The notes: generated by a model not told the origin, from the letters alone. A stretch of DNA of 64,000 nt from an uncultured Gammaproteobacteria bacterium (GCA_963802645.1 CAWDJK010000004.1:351343-415342), one strand, 5' to 3'; counted from the first letter of the stretch, positions 23,228 to 34,089 are shown. Numbers and translations: made by a program.

Positions 23228-24250
23228 ATGAATCTCAGTGAGCTCAACCGCGTTGCCACGGCGATGGTCGCCAAGGGCAAAGGCATTCTGGCCGCGGACG
23301 AGAGCGGCGGCACGATCAAGAAGCGCTTCGACGGCATCAAGCTGGATTCGACCGAGGAGCACCGCCGCACCTACCGGGAGATGCTGTTCACCGCCCCCGG
23401 GGCCGCGCAGGCGGTGAGCGGCGTGATCCTCTACGACGAGACCATCCACCAAAGCACCAGGGACGGCACGCCCTTCCCGCAATACCTGGCGAAGCAGGGC
23501 ATGATCCCGGGCATCAAGGTCGACCTCGGCGCGAAGCCGCTCGCCGGCTTTCCCGGCGAGACCATCACCGAGGGGCTGGACGGGCTGCGCGAGCGGCTCA
23601 TCGCGTACCACGGCCTGGGGGCACGCTTCGCCAAGTGGCGCGCGGTGATCGACATCGCCGCCGGCATTCCCACCGACTTCGCGATCGCCGCCAACGCGCA
23701 CGCATTGGCGCGCTACGCGGCGCTCTGCCAGGAAAACGACATCGTGCCGATCGTCGAGCCCGAAGTGCTGATGGACGGCGCCCACTCGCTCGAGCGCTGC
23801 TCGCAAGTCACCGAGCAGGTGCTGACGGTGGTGTTCGAGCAGCTGTTCGAGCACCGCGTGGCGCTCGAGGGCATGGTTCTCAAGCCCAACATGGTGATCT
23901 CCGGCAAGAAGGCCCCCGAGCGCGCCTCGCCCGAGGCGGTCGCCGAGGCGACCGTGCGCGTGCTGAAGCGTCACGTGCCGGCGGCGGTGCCCGGTATCGC
24001 CTTCCTGTCCGGCGGCCAGTCGCCGACCGAGGCGACGCTGCACCTCTCGCTCATGAACCGCCTGGGGCCGCTCCCCTGGGGGCTCACGTTCAGCTACGGC
24101 CGGGCGCTGCAGGACACCGCGCTCAAGGCCTGGGGCGGGCTGCCCGCCAACTTCGCCGCCGGCCAGAAGGAGTTCGCCCGGCGCGCACAGCTGAACGGTG
24201 CGGCGACCACCGGCCGCTACGCGCCGGACATGGAGAGCCGGGCCGCCTGA
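23228..24250 (+). CDS. class I fructose-bisphosphate aldolase
   Basis: MNLSELNRVATAMVAKGKGILAADESGGTIKKRF... is a typical class I (Schiff-base) aldolase N-terminus. 340 aa, with RBS AAGGAG upstream. Confidence 0.85.
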   Translation: MNLSELNRVATAMVAKGKGILAADESGGTIKKRFDGIKLDSTEEHRRTYREMLFTAPGAAQAVSGVILYDETIHQSTRDGTPFPQYLAKQGMIPGIKVDLGAKPLAGFPGETITEGLDGLRERLIAYHGLGARFAKWRAVIDIAAGIPTDFAIAANAHALARYAALCQENDIVPIVEPEVLMDGAHSLERCSQVTEQVLTVVFEQLFEHRVALEGMVLKPNMVISGKKAPERASPEAVAEATVRVLKRHVPAAVPGIAFLSGGQSPTEATLHLSLMNRLGPLPWGLTFSYGRALQDTALKAWGGLPANFAAGQKEFARRAQLNGAATTGRYAPDMESRAA

Positions 24251-24275
24251 GGCACGGTCATAGCACCGCGCTCGC

Positions 24276-25127
24276 GTGACCAGTAACGCCCCCGCACCAG
24301 CCGCCCCGACCGCCCCGGGGGGCGACGTGGTGGTCGCAGTGCGCGACGTCCAGTACGCCGCCGGCGGACGGCCGATCTTTGCCGGGCTCGATGTGGAGGT
24401 CCGCCGCGGCCGCATCACCGCCATCATGGGCCCGAGCGGCACCGGCAAGACGACGCTGCTGCGGCTCATCACCGGCGCAGATCCGCCCCGAGCGCGGGAC
24501 GGTGCAGGTGTTCGGACGCGACCTCGCGGCGCTCGGCCGCCGGGAGACCTACGCGCCTGCGGCGCCGCATGGGCATGCTGTTCCAGAACGGCGCGCTGCT
24601 CACCGACCTGGACGTGTTCGAGAACGTCGCCTTCCCGGTGCGCGAGCACACCGATCTGCCCGAGCCGCTGATGCGCCGGCTGGTGCTCACGAAGCTCCAG
24701 GCCGTCGGGCTGCGCGGCGCCGCAGACCTGATGCCCGGCGGAGCTCTCGGGCGGCATGGCGCGCCGCGTGGCGCTGGCGCGCGCCATCGTCATGGATCCG
24801 GAGCTGCTGATTTACGATGAGCCCTTCGTCGGTCTCGATCCGATCTCCCTCGGCGTGATCCTGCGGCTGATCAAGCACATGAACGAGGCGCTCGGCATCA
24901 CGAGCATCGTCGTCTCGCACGACGTGCAGGAGCTCGCCCGCATCGCCGACGACAGCTACCTGCTGTCCGCCGGCCGGGTCGCGGCCGCCGGCGCGCCGGC
25001 GCAGCTGCGCGCCAGCAACTCCGCCGCCGTGCGCCAGTTCATGACCGGCAGCGCCGACGGCCCGGTGCCGTTCCATTACCCGGCGCCCGACTACGACACG
25101 CAGCTGCTCGAGGCGGACGAGGCATGA
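24276..25127 (+). pseudogene. mlaF: phospholipid ABC transporter ATP-binding protein MlaF, three frame breaks
   Basis: Walker A GPSGTGKTT in one frame, then QIRPERGTVQVFG | MGMLFQNGALLTDLDVFENVAFP | ARRVALARAIVMDPELLIYDEPFVGLDP in successive frames. Confidence 0.8.
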
Positions 25128-25895
25128 TGAACGCTGCGCTCCAGCGGCTACCTGCTCGGCGGCGTCCGCCGGCTCGGCGCGGTGACGCTGTTCTTCGCGC
25201 GCCTGCTCATTGCATGCGTGCCCGCGCTGGCGCGGCCGCGGCTCCTCGTTCGCCAGATCTACAACACCGGCGCCCGCTCGCTGATCATCATCATGCTGTC
25301 CGGCCTGTTCGTCGGCATGGTGCTGGGCCTGCAGGGCTACGACCTGCTGCAGCGCTTCGGCTCCGAGGAGGCGCTCGGCATCGCCGCCGCGCTCGGACTC
25401 CTGCAAGCGAGCTTGGCGCCGGTGATCACGGCGCTGCTGTTCGCCGGCCGCGCCGGCACCGCGCTCGACCTCCGAGATCGGGCTGATGCGTGCCACCGAT
25501 CAGCTCACCGCCATGGAGATCATGGCGGTCGATCCGATGCGCTACGTGGTGGCGCCGCGCTTCCTCGGTGGCGTGATCGCCATGCCGCTGCTCACGGCGA
25601 TCTTCAGCATGATCGGGCTCTTCGGCGCGCAGCTGGTCGGCGTGCAGCTGATGGGCGTCGACCGCGGCGCGTTCTGGTCGCAGACGCAGGGCTCGGTCGA
25701 CCTGCACGACGTCAGCGAAGGGATCGTCAAGAGCGTTGTGTTCGGTGTCGCCTGCAGCCTGATCGCGGTGTACGAGGGCTATCATGCCGAGCCCACTGCG
25801 GCCGGGCGTGGGGCTCGCCACCACGCGCACGGTCGTGGCCTCGTCGGTGCTGATCGCTGCTGCTCGACTACGTGCTGACCGCCGCTTTCCTATGA
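25124..25895 (+). pseudogene. mlaE: phospholipid ABC transporter permease MlaE, at least four frame breaks
   Basis: Conserved MlaE segments ([28 protein letters not shown]; [17 protein letters not shown]; [12 protein letters not shown]; LDYVLTAAFL*) lie in different frames. Confidence 0.8.
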
Positions 25896-25911
25896 GGAGG
25901 AACCTCGGGCC

Positions 25912-26425
25912 ATGCAAAGCAATCGAACCCTGGAAATCGGAACCGGCCTGTTCGTGCTGCTGGGATTCGCGGCGCTGCTGTTTCTCACGACGCAGCTGCC
26001 GGCGAGCGGACTGAAGCTCGGCGGGCATAAAGCGGGGTATCACGTGACCGCGGCATTCGACAACATCGGCGACCTCAAGGTGGGCTCGCCGGTCACCATG
26101 TCGGGGGTGCGCGTCGGTGAGGTGGCGGGTATCCGCTTCGATTCGACGGGTCTACAAGGCGGTGGTGCGCATGCGCATCGACCCGCAGTACAACGAGATC
26201 CCCGACGACAGCTTCGCCAGCATCCAGACCGAGGGGCTGCTCGGCGGCAAGTACGTCGGCATCAGCCCGGGCGGGCTCGATACCTTTCTGAAGGATGGCA
26301 GCCGGATCGACATGACGCAGTCGGCCATCGTGCTCGAGAGCCTCATCAACAAGTTCTTCGCGAGCTTTGCGAGCAAGGGGAGCGGCGACACCGGGCAGAG
26401 CGGCGACAAGGAGCCCAAGAAATGA
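25912..26425 (+). pseudogene. mlaD: outer membrane lipid asymmetry protein MlaD (MCE domain), one frame break at about 26150
   Basis: MQSNRTLEIGTGLFVLLGFAAL...GDLKVGSPVTMSGVRVGEV continues in ORF 26117..26425 (YKAVVRMRIDPQYNEIPDDSFASIQTEGLLGGKY...). Confidence 0.8.
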
Positions 26426-27096
26426 GACCCATGACACTGGTACTGGCCGCGGTGTGGAGCTGCGCCGCAGCGGTGGCCCTCGCGCAAGGCGCGGCGGCGG
26501 CCCCGGCGGCGGCACCCGCGGCCACGACGGCGCCGGAGGCGAGCGACCCGACCGCGCTGGTGCAGGCGACCGCGCAAGGCATGCTGGGTGATCTCGACAA
26601 GAACCGGGAGGAGTACCGGCGCGACCCGAAGAAGATCGCCGCGCTGGTCGACAAGTACCTCAAGCCGCACTTCGACGCCGACACCTCGGCGCGTGTGGTG
26701 CTCGGCCAGTTCTGGCGCACCGCGACGCCAGAGCAGCGGCAGCGCTTCGTCAACGCCTTCTACCACTCCCTGCTCGCCAACTACGGCGACGCGCTCGCCG
26801 AGTTCACCGCCGATCGCCTCAAGATCTACCCGACCCGCCTCGAGCCCGGCGCCACCAGCGCTACGGTGCGTACCGACGTACGGCGCCGCAACGGCGACCT
26901 CGTCTCGGTCAACTACTCGCTGCACCTGACGCCGCAGGGCTGGAAGGCGTGGGACGTGGTCATCGACGGCATCAGCTACGTCAAGAGCTACCGCGAGGAC
27001 TTCGGCGCGCAGATCGAGAGTCAGGGTCTCGAGACCGTGATCAAGCGCCTCGAGTCGGGCGAGAAGCCCGGCCAGATCGCCAAGCAGACCGGCTGA
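26422..27096 (+). CDS. mlaC: phospholipid-binding periplasmic protein MlaC (Tol/Ttg2D family)
   Basis: Signal peptide MRPMTLVLAAVWSCAAAVALA, then ...VLGQFWRTATPEQRQRFVNAF...WKAWDVVIDGISYV. ATGA overlap with the mlaD stop. Confidence 0.8.
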   Translation: MRPMTLVLAAVWSCAAAVALAQGAAAAPAAAPAATTAPEASDPTALVQATAQGMLGDLDKNREEYRRDPKKIAALVDKYLKPHFDADTSARVVLGQFWRTATPEQRQRFVNAFYHSLLANYGDALAEFTADRLKIYPTRLEPGATSATVRTDVRRRNGDLVSVNYSLHLTPQGWKAWDVVIDGISYVKSYREDFGAQIESQGLETVIKRLESGEKPGQIAKQTG

Positions 27097-27101
27097 GAGC
27101 C

Positions 27102-27446
27102 ATGGCGCCCTCCGGCACGAGCCCGGCGTTCGACCTGACCTCGGGGCCCTTCACGCTGGCCGCGGGAGAGGGCGCGTTGCTCGCCGAGGGGCCGCTCACC
27201 TTCGCGAGCGCCCGCCACGCGCGCGAGCTCGGCCTGGAAGCACTCGCGCGCGGCGGCACGGGGCCGCTGATCGTCGACTGCAAAGGGGTCACGGCCTCCG
27301 ATAGCGCCGGGCTCACGGTACTCATCGACTGGCTCGCCGCCGCGAAGGCGCGGCAGCGTTCGCTGCGCTTCACGCACCTGCCGCCGGGCCTCACGGCGCT
27401 CGGCCGGATCAGCGAGGTCGAGGAACTGCTCGAGCGCGGCGTGTAG
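27102..27446 (+). CDS. mlaB: STAS-domain protein MlaB
   Basis: 114 aa. The pattern LIVDCKGVTASDSAGLTVLIDWL is typical of an anti-sigma-antagonist fold. Operon position after mlaC. Confidence 0.65.
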   Translation: MAPSGTSPAFDLTSGPFTLAAGEGALLAEGPLTFASARHARELGLEALARGGTGPLIVDCKGVTASDSAGLTVLIDWLAAAKARQRSLRFTHLPPGLTALGRISEVEELLERGV

Positions 27447-27456
27447 CCGCCCAGCG

Positions 27457-28278
27457 CTACTTCGGCGGGGGCGGGGGTTGCTCGGAGCGGGGCTGCTCGG
27501 GTGGCTGCTGCGCCGGGGGCGGCGGCGTCTGCGGTCCTGAATCGATCCCGGACTCCTCCAGCATCTTCTGCTCCTCGTCCTCCTCGCTCTGCGAGTTGCC
27601 GCCACGGACCTTGAACTGACGGTTCTGCAGGTAGGCGTTGCGCAGGAACGCGTACGGGTCGTAGGCGCCATCGAGCAGCCGGTCGGAATCGAGGACCCGC
27701 GAGCGCCAGTCGACCTTCTCGAGCGCCCACGAGCCGTAGTCCCACCAGGTGTTGCTGATGTAGGTGCGCGGCGTGCTGTAGGCATCGCCGGCGCGGCCGA
27801 AGGTGTCGCGCACGTCGCTCGGCCCGAGGAATGGCAGCACCAGGTAAGGTCCGCTCTTCACGCCCCACTTGCCGAGCGTCTGGCCGAGGTCGCGGTCGCC
27901 CTTCTCGAGGCCCATGGCGGTCGCGGGATCGAACAGGCCGCCGATGCCGATCACGGTGTTGACCAGCAGCCGGCCGGTGTCGCGCACGAACGGCGTGAAC
28001 TGTCCCTGCAGCAGGTCGTTCACCATGGTGATGGTGGTATCGACGTTGTCGAAGGCGTTGCGGATGCCGGTCTGCACGACGTGCGGCACGGCCGCGCGGT
28101 AGCCGCGAGCCACCGGGCGGAAGAGCGCCTTGTCGAACTTGTCGTTGAAGGCGTAGGTCGCGCGGTTCATGCGCTCCCACGGGTCGTGCGGGTCGGGGCG
28201 GCCGGGTGGCTGCGAGGCGCAACCCGCGGCCAGCGACAGGAGCAGCGCCGCGAGGCAGGCGCGGGTGGTGGACCTCAT
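27457..28278 (-). CDS. mlaA: outer membrane lipoprotein MlaA (VacJ family)
   Basis: Lipobox LSLAAGC, then DPWERMNRATYAFNDKFDKALFRPVARGY... Start at the internal Met (MRSTTRAC) of the 376-aa ORF. Confidence 0.85.
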   Translation of the reverse strand: MRSTTRACLAALLLSLAAGCASQPPGRPDPHDPWERMNRATYAFNDKFDKALFRPVARGYRAAVPHVVQTGIRNAFDNVDTTITMVNDLLQGQFTPFVRDTGRLLVNTVIGIGGLFDPATAMGLEKGDRDLGQTLGKWGVKSGPYLVLPFLGPSDVRDTFGRAGDAYSTPRTYISNTWWDYGSWALEKVDWRSRVLDSDRLLDGAYDPYAFLRNAYLQNRQFKVRGGNSQSEEDEEQKMLEESGIDSGPQTPPPPAQQPPEQPRSEQPPPPPK

Positions 28279-28348
28279 GCGAGGAATTGTAACAGCGGCC
28301 CGAGCGCGCTCGGCCGGCCTATCTCCAACGGTGTACCGACGGTGCGGG

Positions 28349-29893
28349 TCAGTGGACGCGGCCGCCGCCACGCCCCGACCCCGGGTCGCCGTTGTCGGTG
28401 AGGCGGGGCTTGCGCGTGCTGGCGAGGAACTCGCGTACTTCGTCGAGCCGCGCGCGGTAGCGCTGCCGCTGGATGGTGGAGAGGCGCGGAGCCGCGAGCG
28501 CCAGCTGAATCTGCTGGATGGCGAGCTGCAGGTCGCCGTTGGCGATCTGGTACTCGCCCATGTAGAAGTACGCATCGCCGGGGTCACCGGCGGCGCTCGC
28601 CGCGAGCGCGGTGAGACGGATCTGATCGGGCGTCGGCGGCACCACGTTGAAGAGATCGAGCAGCATGGTGTGCGCCTCGGCCGGGCGGTTGGCCGCCATC
28701 AGCGTCTCGGCGTAGCGCACCGTCACCGGCACGTTGCGCGGGAAGAGCGTCTCGGCGCGCTTGAACGTCGCGAGCGCGTCGTTCAGGTGCCCGGCCCTGG
28801 CCTGCGCCTGGCCGAGCGCCGAGTAGAGCACCGTCAGCTGCTCGTTTTGCCGCACGAGCCTCGAGAGGATGCCGACCGCCTCCCACACGGCTTCCTGGTT
28901 GCCGCTCATGAGCGCGAGCGCGCGCCCGTACTGGTTGCCGAGGGTGTCACCGCCGTGCGCGATCTTCTGCGCGTACTCGAGCGCCATGTCGGTGTCGCCG
29001 GTGGCGGTGAGCACCCGCACGCGCTCGCGGATCAGCTCGTAGCTGAGGGAGTCCTTGCCGGTGCGGGGCGGGAACTGTGCCGCGCGTGCCTGCTGCTCGG
29101 CCTCGCGGTCGGAGTCCATCGGGTGATCGATCAGCATCGCCGGGATGTAGGTCGCGGTGAGCCCCGCGTGCTTGGACATCGTCTCGAACATCTCGCCCAT
29201 ACCGTAGGGATCGAAGCCCGCACCGGCCAGATAGCCGATGCCGACGCGATCGGCTTCCCGCTCGTTATCGCGCGTGAAGTTGATCTGGTGCTGCACCGCC
29301 ATGCCCTGTGCCGCGACGATGGCGCCCTCGGTGGCCTGGCCGCCGCCGGCGAGCGCCCCGAGGAGGATGGCGCCGATCAGGGCGGCCGCGGTGGTGAGGC
29401 TCTGGTGCGACTGGTCGGCGAGCATGCGCGCGATGTGGTGCTGGGTGATGTGCGCGGTCTCGTGCCCCATGACCCCGGCGAGCTCCGACTCGGTCTCGCT
29501 GGCGAGTATCAGCCCGGCGTTGATGAACACGTAGCCACCGGTGACCGCGAAGGCGTTGATGCTCGTGTCCTTGATCACGAAGTAGTGGAAATACTCCCCG
29601 CCCATCTCGCTCTGCGAGGCGAGCCGCTTGCCGATGTCGTTGATGTACTCGCTGACCTCGGGGTCCTCGACGAGGCCGTTCTGGTCGCGGATCTCCTTCG
29701 CCACCATGGCGCCCAGGCGGAACTCGTCGCTCTTGGAGAGCGCCGTCTCGGTGGGCCTGCCCAGGTCCGGCAGGTCGGAGCCCGGGGTCGGACCGGTCAG
29801 GTCGCGCCCGGTCCGCATGGGCGGCTCGCCCGCGAACGCGAGCGTCGCCGAGCCCAGCACGGCGGTGACGAGGAAGACGAGAAGGCGGTGCAT
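28349..29893 (-). CDS. bepA: M48 family metalloprotease with TPR repeats (BepA/YfgC-like beta-barrel assembly-enhancing protease)
   Basis: Signal peptide, HExxH (GHETAHITQHH) and a C-terminal TPR region. 514 aa. Confidence 0.75.
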   Translation of the reverse strand: MHRLLVFLVTAVLGSATLAFAGEPPMRTGRDLTGPTPGSDLPDLGRPTETALSKSDEFRLGAMVAKEIRDQNGLVEDPEVSEYINDIGKRLASQSEMGGEYFHYFVIKDTSINAFAVTGGYVFINAGLILASETESELAGVMGHETAHITQHHIARMLADQSHQSLTTAAALIGAILLGALAGGGQATEGAIVAAQGMAVQHQINFTRDNEREADRVGIGYLAGAGFDPYGMGEMFETMSKHAGLTATYIPAMLIDHPMDSDREAEQQARAAQFPPRTGKDSLSYELIRERVRVLTATGDTDMALEYAQKIAHGGDTLGNQYGRALALMSGNQEAVWEAVGILSRLVRQNEQLTVLYSALGQAQARAGHLNDALATFKRAETLFPRNVPVTVRYAETLMAANRPAEAHTMLLDLFNVVPPTPDQIRLTALAASAAGDPGDAYFYMGEYQIANGDLQLAIQQIQLALAAPRLSTIQRQRYRARLDEVREFLASTRKPRLTDNGDPGSGRGGGRVH

Positions 29894-30050
29894 GATCCTT
29901 GAGTTCGACCGCGATCGGGGGGGCGAGTTTCCGAATATTTACAGAGGCTTACAAAGCAGTTATCGCGGGCAGACCGACGCGGGGTAAGGGTACACCGAAT
30001 CCCGCCCGGGTGGGAGCCGGGCGCGCCCGGCCGCGGCGCAGCGTGCGCGC

Positions 30051-31538
30051 TCAGAGGATGTCGGACGCGAAGTCGGCGAGCCGCGAGCGCTCCCCGCGCA
30101 CCAGCGTGACGTGGCCGGAGTGCGCCCAGCCGCGGAAGCGGTTCACCACGTAGGTGAGCCCCGAGGTCGTCTCGGTGAGGTAGGGCGTGTCGATCTGCGC
30201 GATGTTACCGAGGCAGACGAGCTTGGTGCCGGGGCCGGCGCGCGTGATCAGCGCCTTCATCTGCTTCGGCGTCAGGTTCTGCGCCTCATCGAGGATGATG
30301 TAGCGGTTGAGGAAGGTGCGCCCGCGCATGAAGTTGAGCGAGCGGATCTTGATGCGGTTGCGCAGCAGGTCGTTGGTCGCCGCGCGTCCCCAGTTGCCGC
30401 CTTCCTGCGCTGCCGGTGAGCACCTCGAGGTTGTCCATCAGGGCGCCCATCCACGGCTCCATCTTCTCCTCCTCGGTGCCCGGCAGGAAGCCGATGTCCT
30501 CGCCGAGCGGGATGGTGACGCGCGTCATGATGATTTCGACGAAGCGGTTGCGTCTCGAGCGTCTGCATGAGACCGGCGGCCAGCGCCAGCAGCGTCTTGC
30601 CGGTGCCGGCGGGCCCGAGCACCGTGACGAAGTCGATCTCCGGGTCCATGAGCAGGTTCAGCGCGAAGTTCTGCTCGCGGTTGCGCGCCGTCATGCCCCA
30701 GACGTTGTGGCGCTCGCTGCGGTAGTCGCGGGTCAGCTCGAGCGTGGCGGTGTCGCCGCTCGATCTTGCGCACGATGCCTTCGATGCCCTCGGCGTGCTG
30801 TCCTCGTAACACGCACTGGTTCGGGTGCCAGCTCGCGCACCGCGGGGCCGGTGATCTCGTAGAAGGTGCGGTCGCCTGTCCTTCCAGGAGCGCATGTCCT
30901 TGCCGTGCTGCTCCCAGAAGTCAGCCGGCAGCGCCGTCACGCCCGTGTAGAGGACGTCGGCGTCCTCGATGCGTCTTGTCGCTGTAGTAGTCCTCGGCGT
31001 GCACGCCGAGCACCGCCGCCTTGATGCGCAGGTTGATGTCCTTCGACACCAGCGATCACGCGCGCGTCGTGCTGCTCGTTCTGCAGCGCGAGCGTCTGCG
31101 CGAGGATCGCGTTGTCGCGCGCTCTGCCCGGGCAGGCTGTCGGGCAGCGCGCTCGAGAGCTGGCGTGTCTGGAAGAACAGCCGCCCGCTCGAGGGGCTGC
31201 TTGCCGTGGTTACCGGAATAGCCGCTCGGGAGCTGCAGTCCGCGATCGATCTGCTCCTTGGTCACATCGCGCATCATGTCGTCGAGGAAGCGGCTCACCT
31301 GGCGGACGTTGCGCGAGGCCTCCGACAGGCCCTTCTTGTGCGCGTCGAGCTCTTCGAGCACCACCATCGGCAGGTAGACGTCGTGCTCCTCGAAGCGGAA
31401 GATCGCCGTCGGATCGTGCATCAGCACGTTGGTGTCGAGCACGAACAGGCGCCGCCCGCCGCGCGGCCTGCCTTTCACCGCGCGCCCCTCGCCCGAGGCT
31501 GCCGTGGGACCGGGTTCATGGATTCCGCGCTGCTTCAA
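30051..31538 (-). pseudogene. PIN-domain PhoH-like ATPase (PhoH2/YlaK family), at least five frame breaks
   Basis: N-terminal PIN (LFVLDTNVLMHDP...LPMVVLEELD). PhoH core pieces in other frames (DFVTVLGPAGTGKTLLALAAG; MTRVTIPLGEDIGFLPGTEEEKMEPWMGAL; RGRTFLNRYIILDEAQNLTPKQMK...GNIAQID). Confidence 0.78.
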
Positions 31539-31983
31539 GCACTGCCTCCGCGTGACCAGGGACCTTCACCTTGCGCCACTCCTGCCGCAGCCTGCCCGTG
31601 GCATCGATGAGGAAGGTGCTGCGCTCGATCCCGAGATACTTTCTGCCGTACAGGCTTTTCGTTTGATGACGTCGAACAGCTTGCAGACGCGCTCGTCCGT
31701 GTCGGCGAGCAGCGCAAAGGGCAGGGATTCCCTGGCGGCGAACTTGTCGTGCGAGGCGACGCTGTCGCGCGACACGCCCACGACCGTCACGCCCGCCTTG
31801 CGGAACGCGCCGTACAGGTCGCGGAAGTCCTGCGACTTCGCGCGTGCAGCCCGAGGTCATGTCGCGCGGGTAGAAGTAGATGACCAGCTTGCCGCCGGCC
31901 GCGTCCTTCAGGCTCCACGTGCCGCCGCCCGTCATGGGCAGGGAGAATCCCGGCACCTTGTTCCCCGTCTTGATCTCTCGCAT
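31516..31983 (-). pseudogene. bcp: thioredoxin-dependent peroxiredoxin Bcp, at least three frame breaks that sum to zero
   Basis: FSLPMTGGGTWSLKD...LVIYFYPRDMTSGCT and the C-terminal KSLYGRKYLGIERSTFLID share one frame. The middle (VTVVGVSRDSVASHDKFAARESLPFALLAD) is in other frames. Confidence 0.75.
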
Positions 31984-31988
31984 CTCTT

Positions 31989-32520
31989 TCAGGACTTGAC
32001 CGGCTCGAGGATGGCGTCGAGGTTGAGCGAGTCGCAGAACTCCATGAACTCCTCGCGCAGGTGCGCGACGTGGATGCGGCTGGGGACGTTGACGATCATC
32101 TGCACGGCGAACATCGGCGCGCCGGTGTGGGCGGCCGGGTAGCTGCGGGTCGAGACCTCGGCGATGTCGATACCGCGCGTCGCAAAGAACCCGGCGAGCC
32201 CCGAGACGATGCCGGACTGATCGAGACATACGACGTCGATCGAGTAGGGCAGCATGTCGGTGCGCGGCGCGCGCGGCTCGGTGCGCCGCAGGTGAATGCT
32301 GAGGTTGCTGGTCTCGGCGAGGCGCTTCAGCTCCGTTTCGAGCTTGGCGAGCGCGTGCCAGTTGCCCGAGACCAGCAGCAGCATCGCGAACTCGGTGCCG
32401 AGGTTCGCCATGCGGCTTTCGCTGATATTGCCACCCGCACTCGCTGATGACGCGGGTCAGATCGTGAACCATTCCCGTGCGGTCGCTGCCGATCGCCGAA
32501 ACGGCCAGGTGCTGCTTCAT
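31989..32520 (-). pseudogene. gcvR: glycine cleavage system transcriptional repressor GcvR (two ACT domains), one frame break at about 32430
   Basis: The N-terminus MKQHLAVSAIGSDRTGMVHDLTRVISECG is in one frame. The rest (MANLGTEFAMLLLVSGNWHALAKLE...) is in ORF 31989..32411. Confidence 0.7.
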
Positions 32521-32679
32521 CTGTGGGTGGCGGAAGTACTTTTCCCAGCCTGCGGCGCCGAGTGTACCGGGAGCGCCCGTCCGTTGCGACCTCCCCGCGG
32601 GTCCCCGCGCGCTTAAGGCTTGCCTCGGCGGGAGTCCGGCTCGTAACATCCGCGGTCCCCCGCACACGCTGAAAGTCTC

Positions 32680-33562
32680 ATGGTCCTCTCGGGCAGCCTG
32701 GTTGCCATCGTCACTCCCATGCGCCCCGACGGCGCCGTCGATCTGGAAGCCTGGACGCGGCTGCTCGACTTTCACCTCGCGAGTGGCACCAACGGCATCG
32801 TGGTGGGCGGCACCACCGGCGAATCGGTCACGCTGCGCGATCTGGAGCTGCGCGAGCTGACGCTGCGCGCCTGTGAGCGCTGCCGCGGCAAGCTCACCGT
32901 GCTCGCCGGCGCCGGCACCAGCAGCACCTGGGCGACCGCGGAGCGGGTGCGCTGGCTCTCGGAGCTGCCGGTCGATGCGTTGCTGGTGGTGACGCCGGCC
33001 TACAACCGGCCGACTCAGGAGGGCCTGTATCAGCACTTCGCGGCCGCGGCCGCGGCGTCCGGCAAGCCGCTGGTGCTTTACAACGTTCCCAGCCGCACCG
33101 CGGTGGACCTGCTGCCCGCGACCGTGGCGCGCCTCGCCCGCGTGCCGCGTATCGCCGGGATCAAGGAGGCGCTGCCGGAGATGAGCCGGGTGCGCGAGCT
33201 GGTCGAGACGACACCCCGCGGGTTCACGGTGTTGAGCGGCGACGATGCGAGCGCGCGCGAGGCGATCGGCTGCGGTGCCCGCGGGGTCATTTCGGTGACG
33301 GCGAACGTGGCGCCGCGCGCGATGGCTGAGATGGTGGCCGCGGCGCTGCGCTGGGGAGGCGGCCGAAGCGCGCGAGCTCGACGCACGCCTCGCGGGGCTG
33401 CATCGGGAGCTGTTCGTCGAGGCGAATCCGATTCCGGTCAAGTGGGCGCTGGCGCAGATGGGGCTCATGGGGCCTGCGCTACGATTGCCGTTGACGCAGC
33501 TGTCCGAGGCGCATCACGCGGGCCTGCGCGAGGCCGCGCGGGGCGCCGGGGTGCTGCCCTGA
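32680..33562 (+). pseudogene. dapA: 4-hydroxy-tetrahydrodipicolinate synthase, one frame break at about 33355
   Basis: GSLVAIVTPM...GIVVGGTTGES...YNVPSRT...KEA is intact. The C-terminus (LHRELFVEANPIPVKWALAQMGL...) is in the +1 frame and ends at TGA 33560-33562. Confidence 0.85.
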
Positions 33563-33594
33563 CGGCGCCTGCAGCATTGAGGAGAGAGATCCGG

Positions 33595-33880
33595 ATGACG
33601 CTGGTGAGATCCCTGTTATGGCTCGTGCCGCTCGCGCTGACGACGGCCGGCTGCCACCCGTTCCGGCACCTCTCCTATGCCTGCCACCGGCAGCAGCCGT
33701 ACATGCGGGCGGCCAGCGTTGCGCCGCTCAAGGTCCCCGCGGGACTGGATGCGCCCGATACCACGCAGCGCACTGCGTCTGCCGGCGCTCAATGAGCCGG
33801 CGCCGCCGCCGCGCAAGGGACGGGAGCCCTGTCTCGACGAGCCGCCGCCCTACAAGGTGGTCAAGCCCCCGCAGGCCTGA
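33595..33880 (+). CDS. small lipoprotein, possibly BamC N-terminal-like; may carry one frame break at about 33770
   Basis: RBS GGAGAGAG, signal plus lipobox LALTTAGC, and position right after dapA as for bamC/nlpB. APLKVPAGLDAP resembles the BamC N-terminal segment. The 3' end is ambiguous (33795 or 33880). Confidence 0.4.
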
Positions 33881-33954
33881 GGGACCCTGGCGCCGGCCAG
33901 GGGCGCACCGGCCGGATGCGCCTCCGGGGCCCATGCTTTATGATTCGCGGCCCC

Positions 33955-34046
33955 GGAGAGGTGGCCGAGCGGTCGAAGGCGCTGGACTGGAATTCCAGTA
34001 ACATCTTCACGGGTGTTCGTGGGTTCGAATCCCACCCTCTCCGCCA
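33955..34046 (+). tRNA. tRNA-Ser (anticodon GGA)
   Basis: GGAGAGGTGGCCGAGCGGTCGAAGGCG..CTGGA-CTGGAAT-TCCAG anticodon arm, long variable arm, T arm GTGGGTTCGAATCCCAC and 3' CCA encoded. Confidence 0.9.
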
Positions 34047-34089
34047 TGTACAGCTGCCCAAACCGGCCTTTGTGCCCGGCAAAGGATGT

